A DNA stretch of 64,000 nt from an uncultured Clostridia bacterium (GCA_963558395.1 CAUWGE010000003.1:5483-69482); one strand, 5' to 3'. Positions 52,659-63,581 are shown, counted from the stretch's first letter. Made by a program: numbers and translations. Notes: generated by a model not told the origin, from the sequence alone.

Positions 52659-53504
52659 CTATTCTTTAGTACCTTCAATATTTGGCATTGTTAATTTTTT
52701 TGCAATAACTTTAATTTTAACAACATTCATTGTTGTTTGTCTTTCTATTTCTCTTATACATTTTACTTTAAATTCCTTTAATTCTGAGACTAAATTAAAA
52801 CCGTATTGTACCTCTAATTCCACATAAATGTCAGGACCATTTTCTGTTTTGTTTACTCTTACTCTAAGAACATCTGTTATGGAATCAGTCTTTAATGCAA
52901 TGTATTCTATTATTTGTCTAAATACTGTATCTGATATAGTGAAGTTTCCCATATAGCTAAATGTTGGCCTTATTATTGACTTTTCTGATATATATGGTTC
53001 ATTACCACTACGGCTTTTGAAAATTTGAAGAGGGTCTAAAAGGTATCCTGAAAAGTCCTTTTTTATTTCAAATGTAGGAACTGGAATAACATGCTTTCCT
53101 TCTGTTACTCTTACCCTTCTTGCATTATTTATCTCTTCTTCTGTTGCAACATCTGTAATATATATTGTCTTTTCTATTTTAGGAAGCTCCAAATTATTTG
53201 CAATTTCTTCTACCATCTTATCTGAAGTTCCTAAAATTAATATTGACTTTGGTTTTAGTTTATTTATAGCCTTAATCATTTCTTTTTTTTGGTCATCATT
53301 TTTAAATAGAGCTCTTTTAACTGTTTCAATTTTAGTTGGTGCCTTTTTAGCAGAGCTACCAGCAACTATATCATTATTTCTTACCAAGATTCCATCATCA
53401 ATTATATATTTAATATCATATTCTCCTGCCACCATTTGAGCTCTATAACTTTTTCCAGTTCCTGATGGCCCAACAAAAGCATAAACTTTTATGTCCTTTT
53501 TCAT
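52659..53504 (-). CDS. P-loop ATP-binding protein with C-terminal Asp23-like domain
   Basis: GPSGTGKS Walker A; C-terminal V.YG..L...K...EIE..T.MNV Asp23/Gls24-like pattern. Confidence 0.7.
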   Translation of the reverse strand: MKKDIKVYAFVGPSGTGKSYRAQMVAGEYDIKYIIDDGILVRNNDIVAGSSAKKAPTKIETVKRALFKNDDQKKEMIKAINKLKPKSILILGTSDKMVEEIANNLELPKIEKTIYITDVATEEEINNARRVRVTEGKHVIPVPTFEIKKDFSGYLLDPLQIFKSRSGNEPYISEKSIIRPTFSYMGNFTISDTVFRQIIEYIALKTDSITDVLRVRVNKTENGPDIYVELEVQYGFNLVSELKEFKVKCIREIERQTTMNVVKIKVIAKKLTMPNIEGTKE

Positions 53505-53521
53505 TTTTACCTTCCTTTTTC

Positions 53522-55015
53522 TTATTTTTGAATTAGACTTATGCTATAATTATAATTTTTATACCTAACATTATATTCTTCATTATTTATAATTTTTATT
53601 TGTTCTTTAAATTCATTTTCAATATTGTCTTTTAAGTTGTTGCCTATACTAGTAATTACCCATATATTTCCTTCAAATTCTTTTAAAAAGTCAAAATCAT
53701 AAACCGTCTTTCCATAAGTTTCATATGCTTTTTCTATATTCCAATTCTCTTCATTCAAAAAATAAACTTCATTGTTTTGGAAATATGATGCCATTGTCAG
53801 TCCATATATGCTATTTGTTACAATTATATCTTGATTATTAATATTTTCTTTGATAAATTCATAGGGTTTTATGTTTGAACTATCATAATTCTCCTGCAAT
53901 ATTCCTACATTTTCTATAATTGAAAACACAAGTATTATAGTGCATACTATTCCAACTCTAATTCTATTTTTATCCTTTGCTAGCAAATATGCAAAAGCAA
54001 ATAGTAAAAGTCCTGTTATTGTTAGTAAATATCGTGGATACAATATCTTAACAAATATAGATATAATTGCTGTTATTAAAATTGTAGTGATATATATTCC
54101 AAATGCTATGTATACTGGCTTAGCATCTTTTCTATTTTTTATTAATCTATAAATATTATATGTTACTAATACTCCTATAAATATATATGCTAGTTCTTTT
54201 ATAAGATAAGTTCTATCAGGCAAATTTCCTGTAAATTGAAAATCTAATAATTCAAGTACATTTGCTGTTGGTATCCAGAATCCTTGTTTTACTGTCTTAA
54301 ACTGATTAAGAACTACTCCTATCCATGGCAAAAATATTAATATTTGAATTATTGAAGAAATTACACTATATTTTAAATTTTTACTATATTTAATGTATTT
54401 TACTTCGTAATTTCTTTGTCTTATATTATTTACTGCAAAATATATAAATAATCCAATGTTAATAATTGTTGCGGCTAAAGTCCCATAATAATGTGTATAT
54501 GCACTAGCTAAACTAAATATAGAAAAAATAATCCAATTTTTCTTACTTACACCACTTCTATAAATTCTATATGCGTAAATTGACATTAAACTTACAAATA
54601 AAAGCTCCCATGTATACATTCTTATTTCACTGGCATAAATCAATGTAACTGGCATAAATAACACTAAAAACGAAAATGCAAATCCGACTTTTTCTCCAAA
54701 GTCCTTTTTTATATGGCTAAATCCTAAAATAGCTAAAATTATTAAAGGCATTGCAGAAAATAGTCTATATGCCAATATACTATTTCCAGTTAGAAGTCCT
54801 ACTACTTTTAACATAAAATAATATAAAACGGGATGAACATCTGTGCTTCCAATTCTCCAAATGTCTGCAAATGAATTTTTTGCCATAGATACAGAGTAAC
54901 TTTCATCAAACCACAAATTTGTGTGGAATGATGAAAGTAATACAAAAATGCTACCTAAAACGATTAATGTTATATGTATATATTTTGTTATATTTTTCTC
55001 TTTTACCTTTATCAT
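53522..55015 (-). CDS. GT-C fold (PMT/ArnT-like, GT39) membrane glycosyltransferase
   Basis: LWFDESYS, DVHP.LYY, EIRMY, YTHYYG, PRY; start uncertain (55015 vs 55051). Confidence 0.8.
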   Translation of the reverse strand: MIKVKEKNITKYIHITLIVLGSIFVLLSSFHTNLWFDESYSVSMAKNSFADIWRIGSTDVHPVLYYFMLKVVGLLTGNSILAYRLFSAMPLIILAILGFSHIKKDFGEKVGFAFSFLVLFMPVTLIYASEIRMYTWELLFVSLMSIYAYRIYRSGVSKKNWIIFSIFSLASAYTHYYGTLAATIINIGLFIYFAVNNIRQRNYEVKYIKYSKNLKYSVISSIIQILIFLPWIGVVLNQFKTVKQGFWIPTANVLELLDFQFTGNLPDRTYLIKELAYIFIGVLVTYNIYRLIKNRKDAKPVYIAFGIYITTILITAIISIFVKILYPRYLLTITGLLLFAFAYLLAKDKNRIRVGIVCTIILVFSIIENVGILQENYDSSNIKPYEFIKENINNQDIIVTNSIYGLTMASYFQNNEVYFLNEENWNIEKAYETYGKTVYDFDFLKEFEGNIWVITSIGNNLKDNIENEFKEQIKIINNEEYNVRYKNYNYSISLIQK

Positions 55016-55113
55016 TTGTGTGTTTTTGTTACCTCTCATATCAGTTTTCACAATAGAAAATACCTTTCACGTCTTTATATTTTCCATCTTTTGTTTTGAA
55101 TTCTATTTACAAT

Positions 55114-56349
55114 TTACATTTCATTTATTTTTACATCTCTACCATGTTCTATCTTTTCCCAAGTTGTATCCCTTTTAAATAAACATTTAAAGTTAATTAC
55201 TATCCAAGAAGCTAAAAATAGTGGATACATAAGTAGTCCCTTCCACATCTTTTTTATTGGCTTTTTATCTATTGCCATTATTATAATAGCTGTAAGAATT
55301 GGAAGTAAAAATGTCGGAACTACATATCTAAGTAAATTTAATACAAAGTCTGCTGTTGTCATTGCATTTGATAAATAGCTTACTGCATTTAAAACTAATA
55401 ATAATATTGTTATAACAAGCATAGGTGCTGTTCCTAAAATATATAATAAGCCATCAAAATTCATAAGAGTTTTTTTAGTTCTTGCTGCTTTTGCTAATGG
55501 TTTTGTATATTCTTGCAAACATTGCATATGACCTATTGTCCATCTGGTTCTTTGAGACCAAGATGGTTTAAATGATACTGGTTGCTCATCATAAACAATA
55601 GCGTCTGTTGCCCATCCTAGTTTTTTTCCTTGAATTATTCTCTTTAATGAAAACTCTATATCTTCGGTTAATGTATTTGTATCCCATCCTGTTGGTCTAA
55701 TACTATCAAATTTAACCATAAAACCAGTTCCATTTATAAGTGGAGATAATCCTGCATTATATCTTGCTAGGTGGTAGAATCTATTCATTGTCCAATAAAA
55801 TATAGCATATCCTGATGAAATCCAGCTATCAGTTGGATTTTTTATATCTCTATATCCCTGTACTACTTCTTCTCCTTGGCATAGATGCTTATTCATTGCT
55901 TTTAAAAAGTTTTTATCTACAATGTTATCTGCATCAAATACGCAAAAAGCATCATAATCCATTTTAGGATCTGCTAAAAGTGTATTTAAAAATAATCTAA
56001 GAGCATCCCCTTTTGTTTTCTTTGTAGGGTCTTCCTCATGTCTTTCAAATACTTTAACACCATAACTAATTGCTATTTCTTTTGTCCTATCTGTGCAGTT
56101 ATCTGCTATAACACAGATATCATATTTGCTTTTAGGGTATGTTTGCTTTTGCAAACTTTCTATTAAATTTGAAATAACAGCTTCTTCATTATGAGCTGGT
56201 ATTATTGCTAAAAATTTATTATTCTTTTTCTCTAATTCTGGTTTGTCCTTTAAAGTAATAAATGAACATACACTTATTATTAATTGATATATCCAATAAA
56301 TTGTTATTATCCAAATTAGGGCTTGTTGAATAAAGTACAAATATTGCAT
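55114..56349 (-). CDS. GT2 membrane glycosyltransferase (EpsO/CESA-like)
   Basis: PAHNEE, DNCTD, FDAD, TED, QRTRW (D,D,D,QxxRW). Confidence 0.9.
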   Translation of the reverse strand: MQYLYFIQQALIWIITIYWIYQLIISVCSFITLKDKPELEKKNNKFLAIIPAHNEEAVISNLIESLQKQTYPKSKYDICVIADNCTDRTKEIAISYGVKVFERHEEDPTKKTKGDALRLFLNTLLADPKMDYDAFCVFDADNIVDKNFLKAMNKHLCQGEEVVQGYRDIKNPTDSWISSGYAIFYWTMNRFYHLARYNAGLSPLINGTGFMVKFDSIRPTGWDTNTLTEDIEFSLKRIIQGKKLGWATDAIVYDEQPVSFKPSWSQRTRWTIGHMQCLQEYTKPLAKAARTKKTLMNFDGLLYILGTAPMLVITILLLVLNAVSYLSNAMTTADFVLNLLRYVVPTFLLPILTAIIIMAIDKKPIKKMWKGLLMYPLFLASWIVINFKCLFKRDTTWEKIEHGRDVKINEM

Positions 56350-56540
56350 TTATTATATCCTCCTAAATTCTTTTGCAAGCATTAATATGCTAAACAATTA
56401 TATTATACTACAAAAAAAAATATTTTACAACTTTTTTTGACACAAGTTTTAGCTATGCTTAAAGTTTTATAGAATATTATTTTTGCACTGAAAAAAGCAT
56501 ATAATATTTCTAAAAATATTATATGCTTTTCTATTTCATA

Positions 56541-58652
56541 CTATGAATTTAAAGTTTCTAAATCACGCATATTTAATGATATCTTTCCTTGTCCATCTAT
56601 ATCTGTAACTTTTACTTTTACTACGTCTCCAACGGCAAGCACATCTTCTACGTTTTGAATTCTTTTACTTGAAATTTTTGAAATGTGAAGAAGCCCCTCT
56701 TTGCCTCCTCCTAAATCTATAAAAGCTCCAAATTGTGCTATTTTAGTTACTGTACCTTCATAGATTTTTCCAACTTCTATTTCTCTTACAATATTTTCTA
56801 TTATTTCTAATGCTCTATTTGCACTTTCTGTGCTTTCTGAGTATATATTAACTCTACCATTATCTTCTATATCAATTTTTACGCCAGTTTCTTCAATTAT
56901 TTTATTAATTGTTTTTCCGCCAGTTCCTATTACATCCTTTATTTTGTCTACATTTATTTTTGTAGAAACTATTTTTGGAGCATATTTAGAAAGTTCAGCT
57001 CTTGGCTCTTCAATTGCCTTTAAAATAATTTCATCTATGATATAATCTCTTGCTATTTTTGTTCTCTCAAAAGCTTGTCTAATTATTTCATAACTTAATC
57101 CATCGATTTTTATATCTACTTGAATTGCAGTTATTCCTTCTTTAGTTCCACCTACTTTAAAGTCCATATCTCCAAAGAAGTCTTCAATATCTTGAATATC
57201 TGTAAGTACAATATAGTTTTCTGGATTTTCCGGATCAGTAATTAATCCAGCTGAGATTCCTGCTACTGGTCTTTTTATTGGAACTCCTGCATCCATTAGT
57301 GCAAGTGTACTTCCACATATACTTGCTTGTGATGTAGAACCATTTGATTCTAAAACTTCTGATACCACTCTTATTGTATATGGGAATTCATCTTCTGAAG
57401 GAATTACAGGAACTAGTGCTTTTTCTGCTAAGGCTCCATGTCCTATTTCTCTTCTTCCAGGACCTTTTGATGGCCTTGCCTCTCCTACACTATATGAAGG
57501 GAAATTATATTGGTGCATATATCTTTTCTCTGTTTCAGTGTCTAAGCCATCTAGTATTTGTTCATCAGCTTTTGTTCCCAATGTTGCAATTGAAAGAACT
57601 TGAGTTTGTCCTCTTGAAAATAATGCACTTCCATGTGTTCTAGGTAAAAGCCCTACTTCTCCATAAAGTGGTCTTACTTCATCAATTTTCCTTCCATCTG
57701 GTCTTTTATGTTCTTTTAATATCATCTTTCTAACACATGATTTTTCTAGGTCATGCACAGCTGCATCGATATCAAATGCGTGTTCTTCTTCAGCTTTTTC
57801 TCCAAACATTTCTATCGCCAAGTTCTTAATTTCTTCTGCTATTTTGTCTACATTGTTGTTTCTTATTTCTTTATCTGTTTCTTGTACTCCTTCATACATT
57901 GCTGTTTCAAATTTTTCGCAAACAGATTGATAGAATTCTGAATCTACTGAAAAAGATTTATATTCAAATTTTGGTTTTCCAATTTCAGCTTTAATTTCTG
58001 AAATAAATTTGCATAGTTTTTTTATTTCAATATGTGCTTTTTTTATTGCTTCTAACATTATGTCATTTGGTATTTCATCTGCACCAGCCTCTATCATTGT
58101 AATTTTATTTTCTGTACCTGCAACAGTTAATTTTAATTTGCTATGTTCCCTTTCTTCTTCATTTGGATTTATTATAATTTCATTTTCTACATATCCAACA
58201 TTTACAGCAGCTGTTGGTCCATTCCAAGGTATATCTGAAATTGAAAGTGCTGCTGATGTTCCAATATTTGCGCATACTTCTGGTGAACAATCTTGGTCCA
58301 TTGAAAGTACTGTATTTACTATGCATACATCATTTCTAAAATCACTTGGAAATAATGGTCTTATTGGTCTATCAATTGCTCTTGAAGTTAAAACAGCTTT
58401 ATCTGCTGGTTTTCCCTCTCTTCTGTTAAAACTACCTGGTATTTTTCCTACTGCATATAATTTTTCTTCATAGTCAACAGATAGTGGAAAAAAGTCAACT
58501 CCATCTTTTGGTTCTTTTGAAGCAGTAACATTTGTCATTACTACTGTGTCTCCATATTTTACAGTAACACTACCATTTGCTTGTTTAGCAAACTTTCCTG
58601 TTTCAATTACTAGCTTTCTTCCTGCTAATTCGGTTTCATAAGTTTTTATCAT
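56541..58652 (-). CDS. pnp: Polyribonucleotide nucleotidyltransferase
   Basis: SRAIDRPIRP, RREIGHG, SNGSTSQAS, GDMDFKV, KH and S1 domains. Confidence 0.98.
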   Translation of the reverse strand: MIKTYETELAGRKLVIETGKFAKQANGSVTVKYGDTVVMTNVTASKEPKDGVDFFPLSVDYEEKLYAVGKIPGSFNRREGKPADKAVLTSRAIDRPIRPLFPSDFRNDVCIVNTVLSMDQDCSPEVCANIGTSAALSISDIPWNGPTAAVNVGYVENEIIINPNEEEREHSKLKLTVAGTENKITMIEAGADEIPNDIMLEAIKKAHIEIKKLCKFISEIKAEIGKPKFEYKSFSVDSEFYQSVCEKFETAMYEGVQETDKEIRNNNVDKIAEEIKNLAIEMFGEKAEEEHAFDIDAAVHDLEKSCVRKMILKEHKRPDGRKIDEVRPLYGEVGLLPRTHGSALFSRGQTQVLSIATLGTKADEQILDGLDTETEKRYMHQYNFPSYSVGEARPSKGPGRREIGHGALAEKALVPVIPSEDEFPYTIRVVSEVLESNGSTSQASICGSTLALMDAGVPIKRPVAGISAGLITDPENPENYIVLTDIQDIEDFFGDMDFKVGGTKEGITAIQVDIKIDGLSYEIIRQAFERTKIARDYIIDEIILKAIEEPRAELSKYAPKIVSTKINVDKIKDVIGTGGKTINKIIEETGVKIDIEDNGRVNIYSESTESANRALEIIENIVREIEVGKIYEGTVTKIAQFGAFIDLGGGKEGLLHISKISSKRIQNVEDVLAVGDVVKVKVTDIDGQGKISLNMRDLETLNS

Positions 58653-58668
58653 ATTCCTCCTCTTTCTA

Positions 58669-58740
58669 TAATCGACTTAGGAGTAACCTCTATGATATAT
58701 TAAATTAATACATCATACAAGCTACCTTCTAAATCAATTA
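58669..58740 (-). promoter_or_regulatory. Long hairpin in pnp 5-prime leader
   Basis: About 30-bp stem whose non-Watson-Crick pairs in the paired segments are G-U on the minus strand. Confidence 0.7.
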
Positions 58741-58811
58741 TTATAAAAATTTAAGTTATATATAATGTAAACAGGCGTTAGCTAAAATAAAGCAAAACGC
58801 CTGCTGAACAA

Positions 58812-59075
58812 TTATTTTCTTAAACCTAATTTTGCAACGATATCTCTGTATCTTTGAACATCTTTTTTTACTAAGTAGTTAAGTAAGTTTCTTCTACTTC
58901 CTACCATTTTTAAAAGTCCTCTTCTTGAATGGTTGTCTTTTGGATGAACTTTTAAATGTTCTGTTAAATCATTAATTCTTTCAGTAAGTAGAGCGATTTG
59001 AACTTCTGGAGAACCAGTATCTTTTTCGTCTCTTCTGTAAGTTTTAATAATTTCTTCTTTTCTTTCTACTGTCAT
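58812..59075 (-). CDS. rpsO: 30S ribosomal protein S15
   Basis: [33 protein letters not shown]. Confidence 0.98.
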   Translation of the reverse strand: MTVERKEEIIKTYRRDEKDTGSPEVQIALLTERINDLTEHLKVHPKDNHSRRGLLKMVGSRRNLLNYLVKKDVQRYRDIVAKLGLRK

Positions 59076-59096
59076 AATTACACCTCCTAATAATTT

Positions 59097-59149
59097 ATGC
59101 CTTTAACTGAGCTAAAGTGGTGTGTTTTCCTAAAGCTAAGTCAAAGCAC
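59097..59149 (-). promoter_or_regulatory. Putative S15 autoregulatory leader
   Basis: GTGCTTTGACTTAGCT...AGCTCAGTTAAAGGCAT stem between promoter and rpsO RBS. Confidence 0.5.
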
Positions 59150-59203
59150 TTATATATAATACCATATATATTTATAAATTTCAAGTATTACTTATTTTAT
59201 TTT

Positions 59204-60127
59204 TTATACTAATGCACCTAATACCAATATTCCTATATTATCTCTATAAATTTCTTTAAATTGAGATAATGGTAATGGATTCGTTCCCTTTCCTGCTTCT
59301 ATTGTATAACCTGGTCTATTATATTCTTTTATAAACCAATCCTTATAACCTGCATTTGCTGCTCCTTCTGGCGTTACTTCCAAAGAATATCCGCTTACTT
59401 TGCTAAATATTTTTCCTATTTCTTCTGCTTCACTAGGATTATAACTTTCATACTTCCAGTATATTACTTCTCCTTGAGTATGGTATGATAAAATTAGTCT
59501 AAAATTATGACTTAGCGTATAATTATAAATTGCAAGTGCTTCAGGCTCTGTAAGTGGTCCATATCCAACAAAATCACGTGGAGCTGGTCTATTAAAGCCT
59601 AAACTATATTTTATTTCTTTTGCTTTTTGCCAACCTGCTGGAAATTGTAGATTTAAGTCCACTCCATTATAATTGGCTTTCCAACCATTTGGAAACGGAA
59701 TTTCATAAAAACTCTCTGCTATTTTTTTATAATGGTTAAATTCTTCTGTTCCTTCTTTTATATCTCCTGTAATAAGACTAACTCCATCTGGATTGAGCAT
59801 AGGTACAATGAAAATTGAAGAGCTCTCAAATATTTTTCTTGCACTATGTTCAAAAACATCTTTATTTTCTACATAAGCCATACAAAAATCTTCTACAAAT
59901 TTCATAAGAATAAGTGAAGTTATCCATTCGTTTGCATGAATAGATGCACTGTACATTACTTCATTAGGTCCTGTACCTATTCTTATGGCTGGAATCTGTC
60001 TTTTATTAACACTTTCTCCTATGTTTTCAATTTGTAAAAAGGGATATTTTGCTTTTAACGCGGTTATATCCCTTTTCATTTTATTATAAGTATAATTTTC
60101 GTTTGTTTTAACTATTTCTGAATTCAT
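59204..60127 (-). CDS. M14 zinc peptidase (gamma-D-glutamyl-meso-DAP peptidase-like)
   Basis: HANE, PMLNPDG, GVDLN, SYHTQG, TIE; sigE/K-like CATATAAT upstream. Confidence 0.85.
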   Translation of the reverse strand: MNSEIVKTNENYTYNKMKRDITALKAKYPFLQIENIGESVNKRQIPAIRIGTGPNEVMYSASIHANEWITSLILMKFVEDFCMAYVENKDVFEHSARKIFESSSIFIVPMLNPDGVSLITGDIKEGTEEFNHYKKIAESFYEIPFPNGWKANYNGVDLNLQFPAGWQKAKEIKYSLGFNRPAPRDFVGYGPLTEPEALAIYNYTLSHNFRLILSYHTQGEVIYWKYESYNPSEAEEIGKIFSKVSGYSLEVTPEGAANAGYKDWFIKEYNRPGYTIEAGKGTNPLPLSQFKEIYRDNIGILVLGALV

Positions 60128-60177
60128 ATTATCACCTAAGTAATTATATGATTTTTTTATAAAAGTGTGCCAAAAAA

Positions 60178-61386
60178 TTATAAAACTAATTTACAGAAAG
60201 ATTTCTTTCCTTTCTTTAATATAGCACCGTTTTTTAATTCTTCAATAGATAGTTTATATGACATGTCTGTAACTTTTTCATCATTTAAACTTACTCCTCC
60301 TTGGCTAATTAGAGTTTTTGCTTGACCTTTTGATGTAGCAAATCCAGCTTTTACAATTGCATCAATAATGCTATCCCCTTCTTCTAATACTGCCTCTGGC
60401 ATATTTTCTGAGATTCCTTTTCCTCCAAATAAGCTATTTGCTGCTTCTTCTGCTTTCTTTGCTTCTTCTTCACCATGAACTAATTTAGTAATTTCATATG
60501 CCGCAACTTTTTTTGCTTCATTTAAAGCCTCTCCTTCTTCTTTTGTTAATTCGTTTACTTTGTCCATAGGAAGAAATGTTAACATACATAAAACTGTTTT
60601 TATATCACTATCTGCCACATTTCTCCAGTATTGGTAAAATTCATATGGAGAAGTTTTAGTTGAATCTAGCCACAATGCACCCTTTTCGGTTTTTCCCATC
60701 TTTTTTCCTTCTTTAGTAGTTAGAAGTTTAAATGTTAGGGCAAAAGCATCATCATGTCCTAATTTTCTGATTAAGTTTGCTCCTCCTATGATGTTAGACC
60801 ATTGGTCATTACCTCCTATTTCCAATTTGCATCCATATTCATTATACAAATGCAAAAAGTCATATGATTGCATTAGCATATATCCCATTTCAAAAAATGT
60901 AAGCCCTGTTTCTAGTCTATTTTTATAGCACTCTGCTGCAAGCATTTTATTTACTGAAAAATGTGAACCAATCTCTCTCATAAATTCAATAAATTTCAAA
61001 TCTAAAAGCCAGTCCGCATTATTAACAATAATCGCTGCATTTTTGCCTTCAAAGCTTAAAAATTTGCTAGCTTGTTTTTTTATTGCTTCCACATTTTTGT
61101 TTATTTCTTCTCTTGTAAGCATTTTTCTCATATCAGTTTTACCTGATGGGTCTCCAATTGCAGCTGTACCTCCACCCATTAAAATTATTGGTTTATGCCC
61201 TGCTTTTTGCATATATGAAGATACCATAAGTGAAACAAAATGTCCTACATGAAGACTATCTGCTGTTGGATCAATTCCAATATAAAATGGTACTGACTCT
61301 TTGCTTAAAAGTTCTTTTAAATTTTCTTTGTCAATTGTTTGTTCAATGTAATTTCTTTCTTCTAATATGTCTATAATATTTTCCAT
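60178..61386 (-). CDS. tyrS: Tyrosine-tRNA ligase
   Basis: GIDPTADSLHVGH, GGNDQWSN, KMGKT, C-terminal S4 domain. Confidence 0.97.
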   Translation of the reverse strand: MENIIDILEERNYIEQTIDKENLKELLSKESVPFYIGIDPTADSLHVGHFVSLMVSSYMQKAGHKPIILMGGGTAAIGDPSGKTDMRKMLTREEINKNVEAIKKQASKFLSFEGKNAAIIVNNADWLLDLKFIEFMREIGSHFSVNKMLAAECYKNRLETGLTFFEMGYMLMQSYDFLHLYNEYGCKLEIGGNDQWSNIIGGANLIRKLGHDDAFALTFKLLTTKEGKKMGKTEKGALWLDSTKTSPYEFYQYWRNVADSDIKTVLCMLTFLPMDKVNELTKEEGEALNEAKKVAAYEITKLVHGEEEAKKAEEAANSLFGGKGISENMPEAVLEEGDSIIDAIVKAGFATSKGQAKTLISQGGVSLNDEKVTDMSYKLSIEELKNGAILKKGKKSFCKLVL

Positions 61387-61420
61387 AATTCTTTGTATGA
61401 TTAAACATACTCTCCTTTCT

Positions 61421-61873
61421 TTATTTTACTATGTCTTGATATACAATATTTTCTATATATTTTTTATTTTCTATTATATTATTTCGGATTATGGTTCCAC
61501 AAATAGGGATTTTCTTTTCTACTTTTACTTCTTCTATATTCATGTCTCTTGCCACGAACTTTCCATATTCCTCACTACTATAAAACCTATTAACTGGTAT
61601 ATTTTTAAAAATATTTTTTAAATAGTCTGTTTGAATTTTTATAGATTCTTCATCCATTCCATATTGTTTAGGCGGATTCTCCCCTAAAATTACATATGCT
61701 TTTGGAAACATTGTTTTTATCCAATTTGCTCTTGTTTTTAGTGGTATATTTGTAACATTCGTGTCATTTATTAATACATAAAATTCATCATTTTCTTTTA
61801 TTCCCTTTTCAATAAGCAATTCATGTCCCTTATGAAGTGGAGCAAATTTTCCAATTGTAAATCCTATGTTCAT
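61421..61873 (-). CDS. Cytidylyltransferase-family (NadR N-terminal-like) nucleotidyltransferase
   Basis: GKFAPLHKGH HIGH-type motif, YSSE.YG, GT.IR; no kinase domain. Confidence 0.8.
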   Translation of the reverse strand: MNIGFTIGKFAPLHKGHELLIEKGIKENDEFYVLINDTNVTNIPLKTRANWIKTMFPKAYVILGENPPKQYGMDEESIKIQTDYLKNIFKNIPVNRFYSSEEYGKFVARDMNIEEVKVEKKIPICGTIIRNNIIENKKYIENIVYQDIVK

Positions 61874-62015
61874 TTATTTTATTCTGCAAATACCTTTCTT
61901 TATTTTATTTGGCATTTACATTATAATATATATTTCTAGCAATTTCAATACACTATGCCATAAAAATAAGACTGATACTCGGTTTTTAGCCTTTTTCAGT
62001 CTTACTCTATAAATA

Positions 62016-62555
62016 TTAATAGTTTTCTGCTTTTATTTCAAAGTATGATTGTGGATGTGCACATACTGGACATACTTCTGGAGCATATTTTCCAATTACT
62101 ATATGTCCACAATTTCTACATTTCCAAATTCTTTCGTCATCTCTGCTGAATACAAGTCCTTCTTCTACATTTTCTAATAATTTTAAATATCTTCTTTCAT
62201 GTTCAGCTTCAATCTCTCCTACTGCTTCAAAAAGATATGCTATTTTATCAAATCCTTCTTCTTTAGCTTCTTCTGCCATTCTCTTATACATATCTGTATA
62301 TTCGTAATTCTCTCCTGCTGCAGCTGCTTTTAAGTTTTCTTCTGTTGAAAGAATGTCTCCACCATTTAATAGTTTAAACCATAATTTAGCATGTTCTTTT
62401 TCATTATCTGCTGTTTCTTGGAATATGGCTGCAATTTGCTCATATCCTTCTTTCTTTGCTTTACTTGCAAAATATGTATATTTGTTTCTTGCTTGTGATT
62501 CACCAGCAAAAGCTTCCATTAAATTTTTCTCTGTTTTTGAACCTTTTAATTCCAT
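62016..62555 (-). CDS. rbr: Rubrerythrin
   Basis: AFAGESQARNKY, EKEHA, CRNCG...CPVC. Confidence 0.95.
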   Translation of the reverse strand: MELKGSKTEKNLMEAFAGESQARNKYTYFASKAKKEGYEQIAAIFQETADNEKEHAKLWFKLLNGGDILSTEENLKAAAAGENYEYTDMYKRMAEEAKEEGFDKIAYLFEAVGEIEAEHERRYLKLLENVEEGLVFSRDDERIWKCRNCGHIVIGKYAPEVCPVCAHPQSYFEIKAENY

Positions 62556-62657
62556 TTTATACCTCCATTTGTTTTTAATTTTGCCATTTCTGACATACTT
62601 AATATATCACATCAGCCATATTTTTGCAATAGAATTTTTTCTATTTTTTATATGTTA

Positions 62658-63581
62658 TTATATTTTTTCTTTTATTAATTTTGCAACAAAAAATCCCTCT
62701 TGCTCCTTGTTTGGCAATATTTTTAAACATTTCTTTAAAGATTTAATTGTTCCTTTAATTTTTATATCTACATCTGTAAGTATTAATCCTAAATATTTAG
62801 TAGCCCACTTTATCATCTCCTCATTTTCATCACTATTTAATGTACATGTAGAATATACTAATGTTCCTCCTTGTTTTAAGGCTTGAGTCGCACTTTTTAA
62901 TAATTCTTTTTGAAGACTTACTAGTTCTTTTACCTGCACTTCCGACCAATTTTTATATGTATTTTTGTCAGTAAGTAAAAATCTTCCTTCTCCGCTACAA
63001 GGTGCATCCAATAATACTTTATCAAAGTATTCTGGAAATTTGTCACCAATACTTCTTCCATCACAATTTGATACTGTTACGATTTTTGCTCCTTGCATTT
63101 CTACATTGTATTTCAGTCTTTCACATCGTATTTTATTTATTTCGTTAGCAAAAATATATCCCTCGTTTTCCATGAGGCTTGCCATCTGCGTAGTTTTGCT
63201 TCCTGGTGCAGCTGTTAAGTCTAAAATTCTTTCGCCTTTCATGGGATTTAAAACAATTGGTGGAATCATGCTAGATAATGATTGCAAATAAATTTTTCCC
63301 ATTTTATAAATATCTAGTTTTTCTAACTCATTTTCCCTAGCATTTTCTATAATTAAAGCATCTTTTATTTCTTCTACTTTTCTGCATTTTATATCATTAT
63401 TATGGAGTATTTCTTCTATTTCCTCAATATTTGATTTTATAGTGTTTACCCTAATAGTCGTAAGTCTATCTTTAAGCATTCCTTCTAATATTCTATTTGC
63501 TATATTTTCGCTATAATTTTCATATAGTTTTTGTATGAATTCTAATGGCAATTTATTTTTTGCTTGTACAATATTTATCAC
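62658..63581 (-). CDS. RsmB/RsmF (NOL1/NOP2/sun) RNA m5C methyltransferase
   Basis: AAPGSKT, LLDAPCSGEG, YSTCT, GFFVA. Confidence 0.9.
   Translation of the reverse strand: MINIVQAKNKLPLEFIQKLYENYSENIANRILEGMLKDRLTTIRVNTIKSNIEEIEEILHNNDIKCRKVEEIKDALIIENARENELEKLDIYKMGKIYLQSLSSMIPPIVLNPMKGERILDLTAAPGSKTTQMASLMENEGYIFANEINKIRCERLKYNVEMQGAKIVTVSNCDGRSIGDKFPEYFDKVLLDAPCSGEGRFLLTDKNTYKNWSEVQVKELVSLQKELLKSATQALKQGGTLVYSTCTLNSDENEEMIKWATKYLGLILTDVDIKIKGTIKSLKKCLKILPNKEQEGFFVAKLIKEKI

Noticed and set aside
55040-55110. Short protein-like frame IEFKTKDGKYKDVKGIFYCEN-stop between the two glycosyltransferases
   Set aside because: No start codon and too short to identify; at most the tail of a deleted gene
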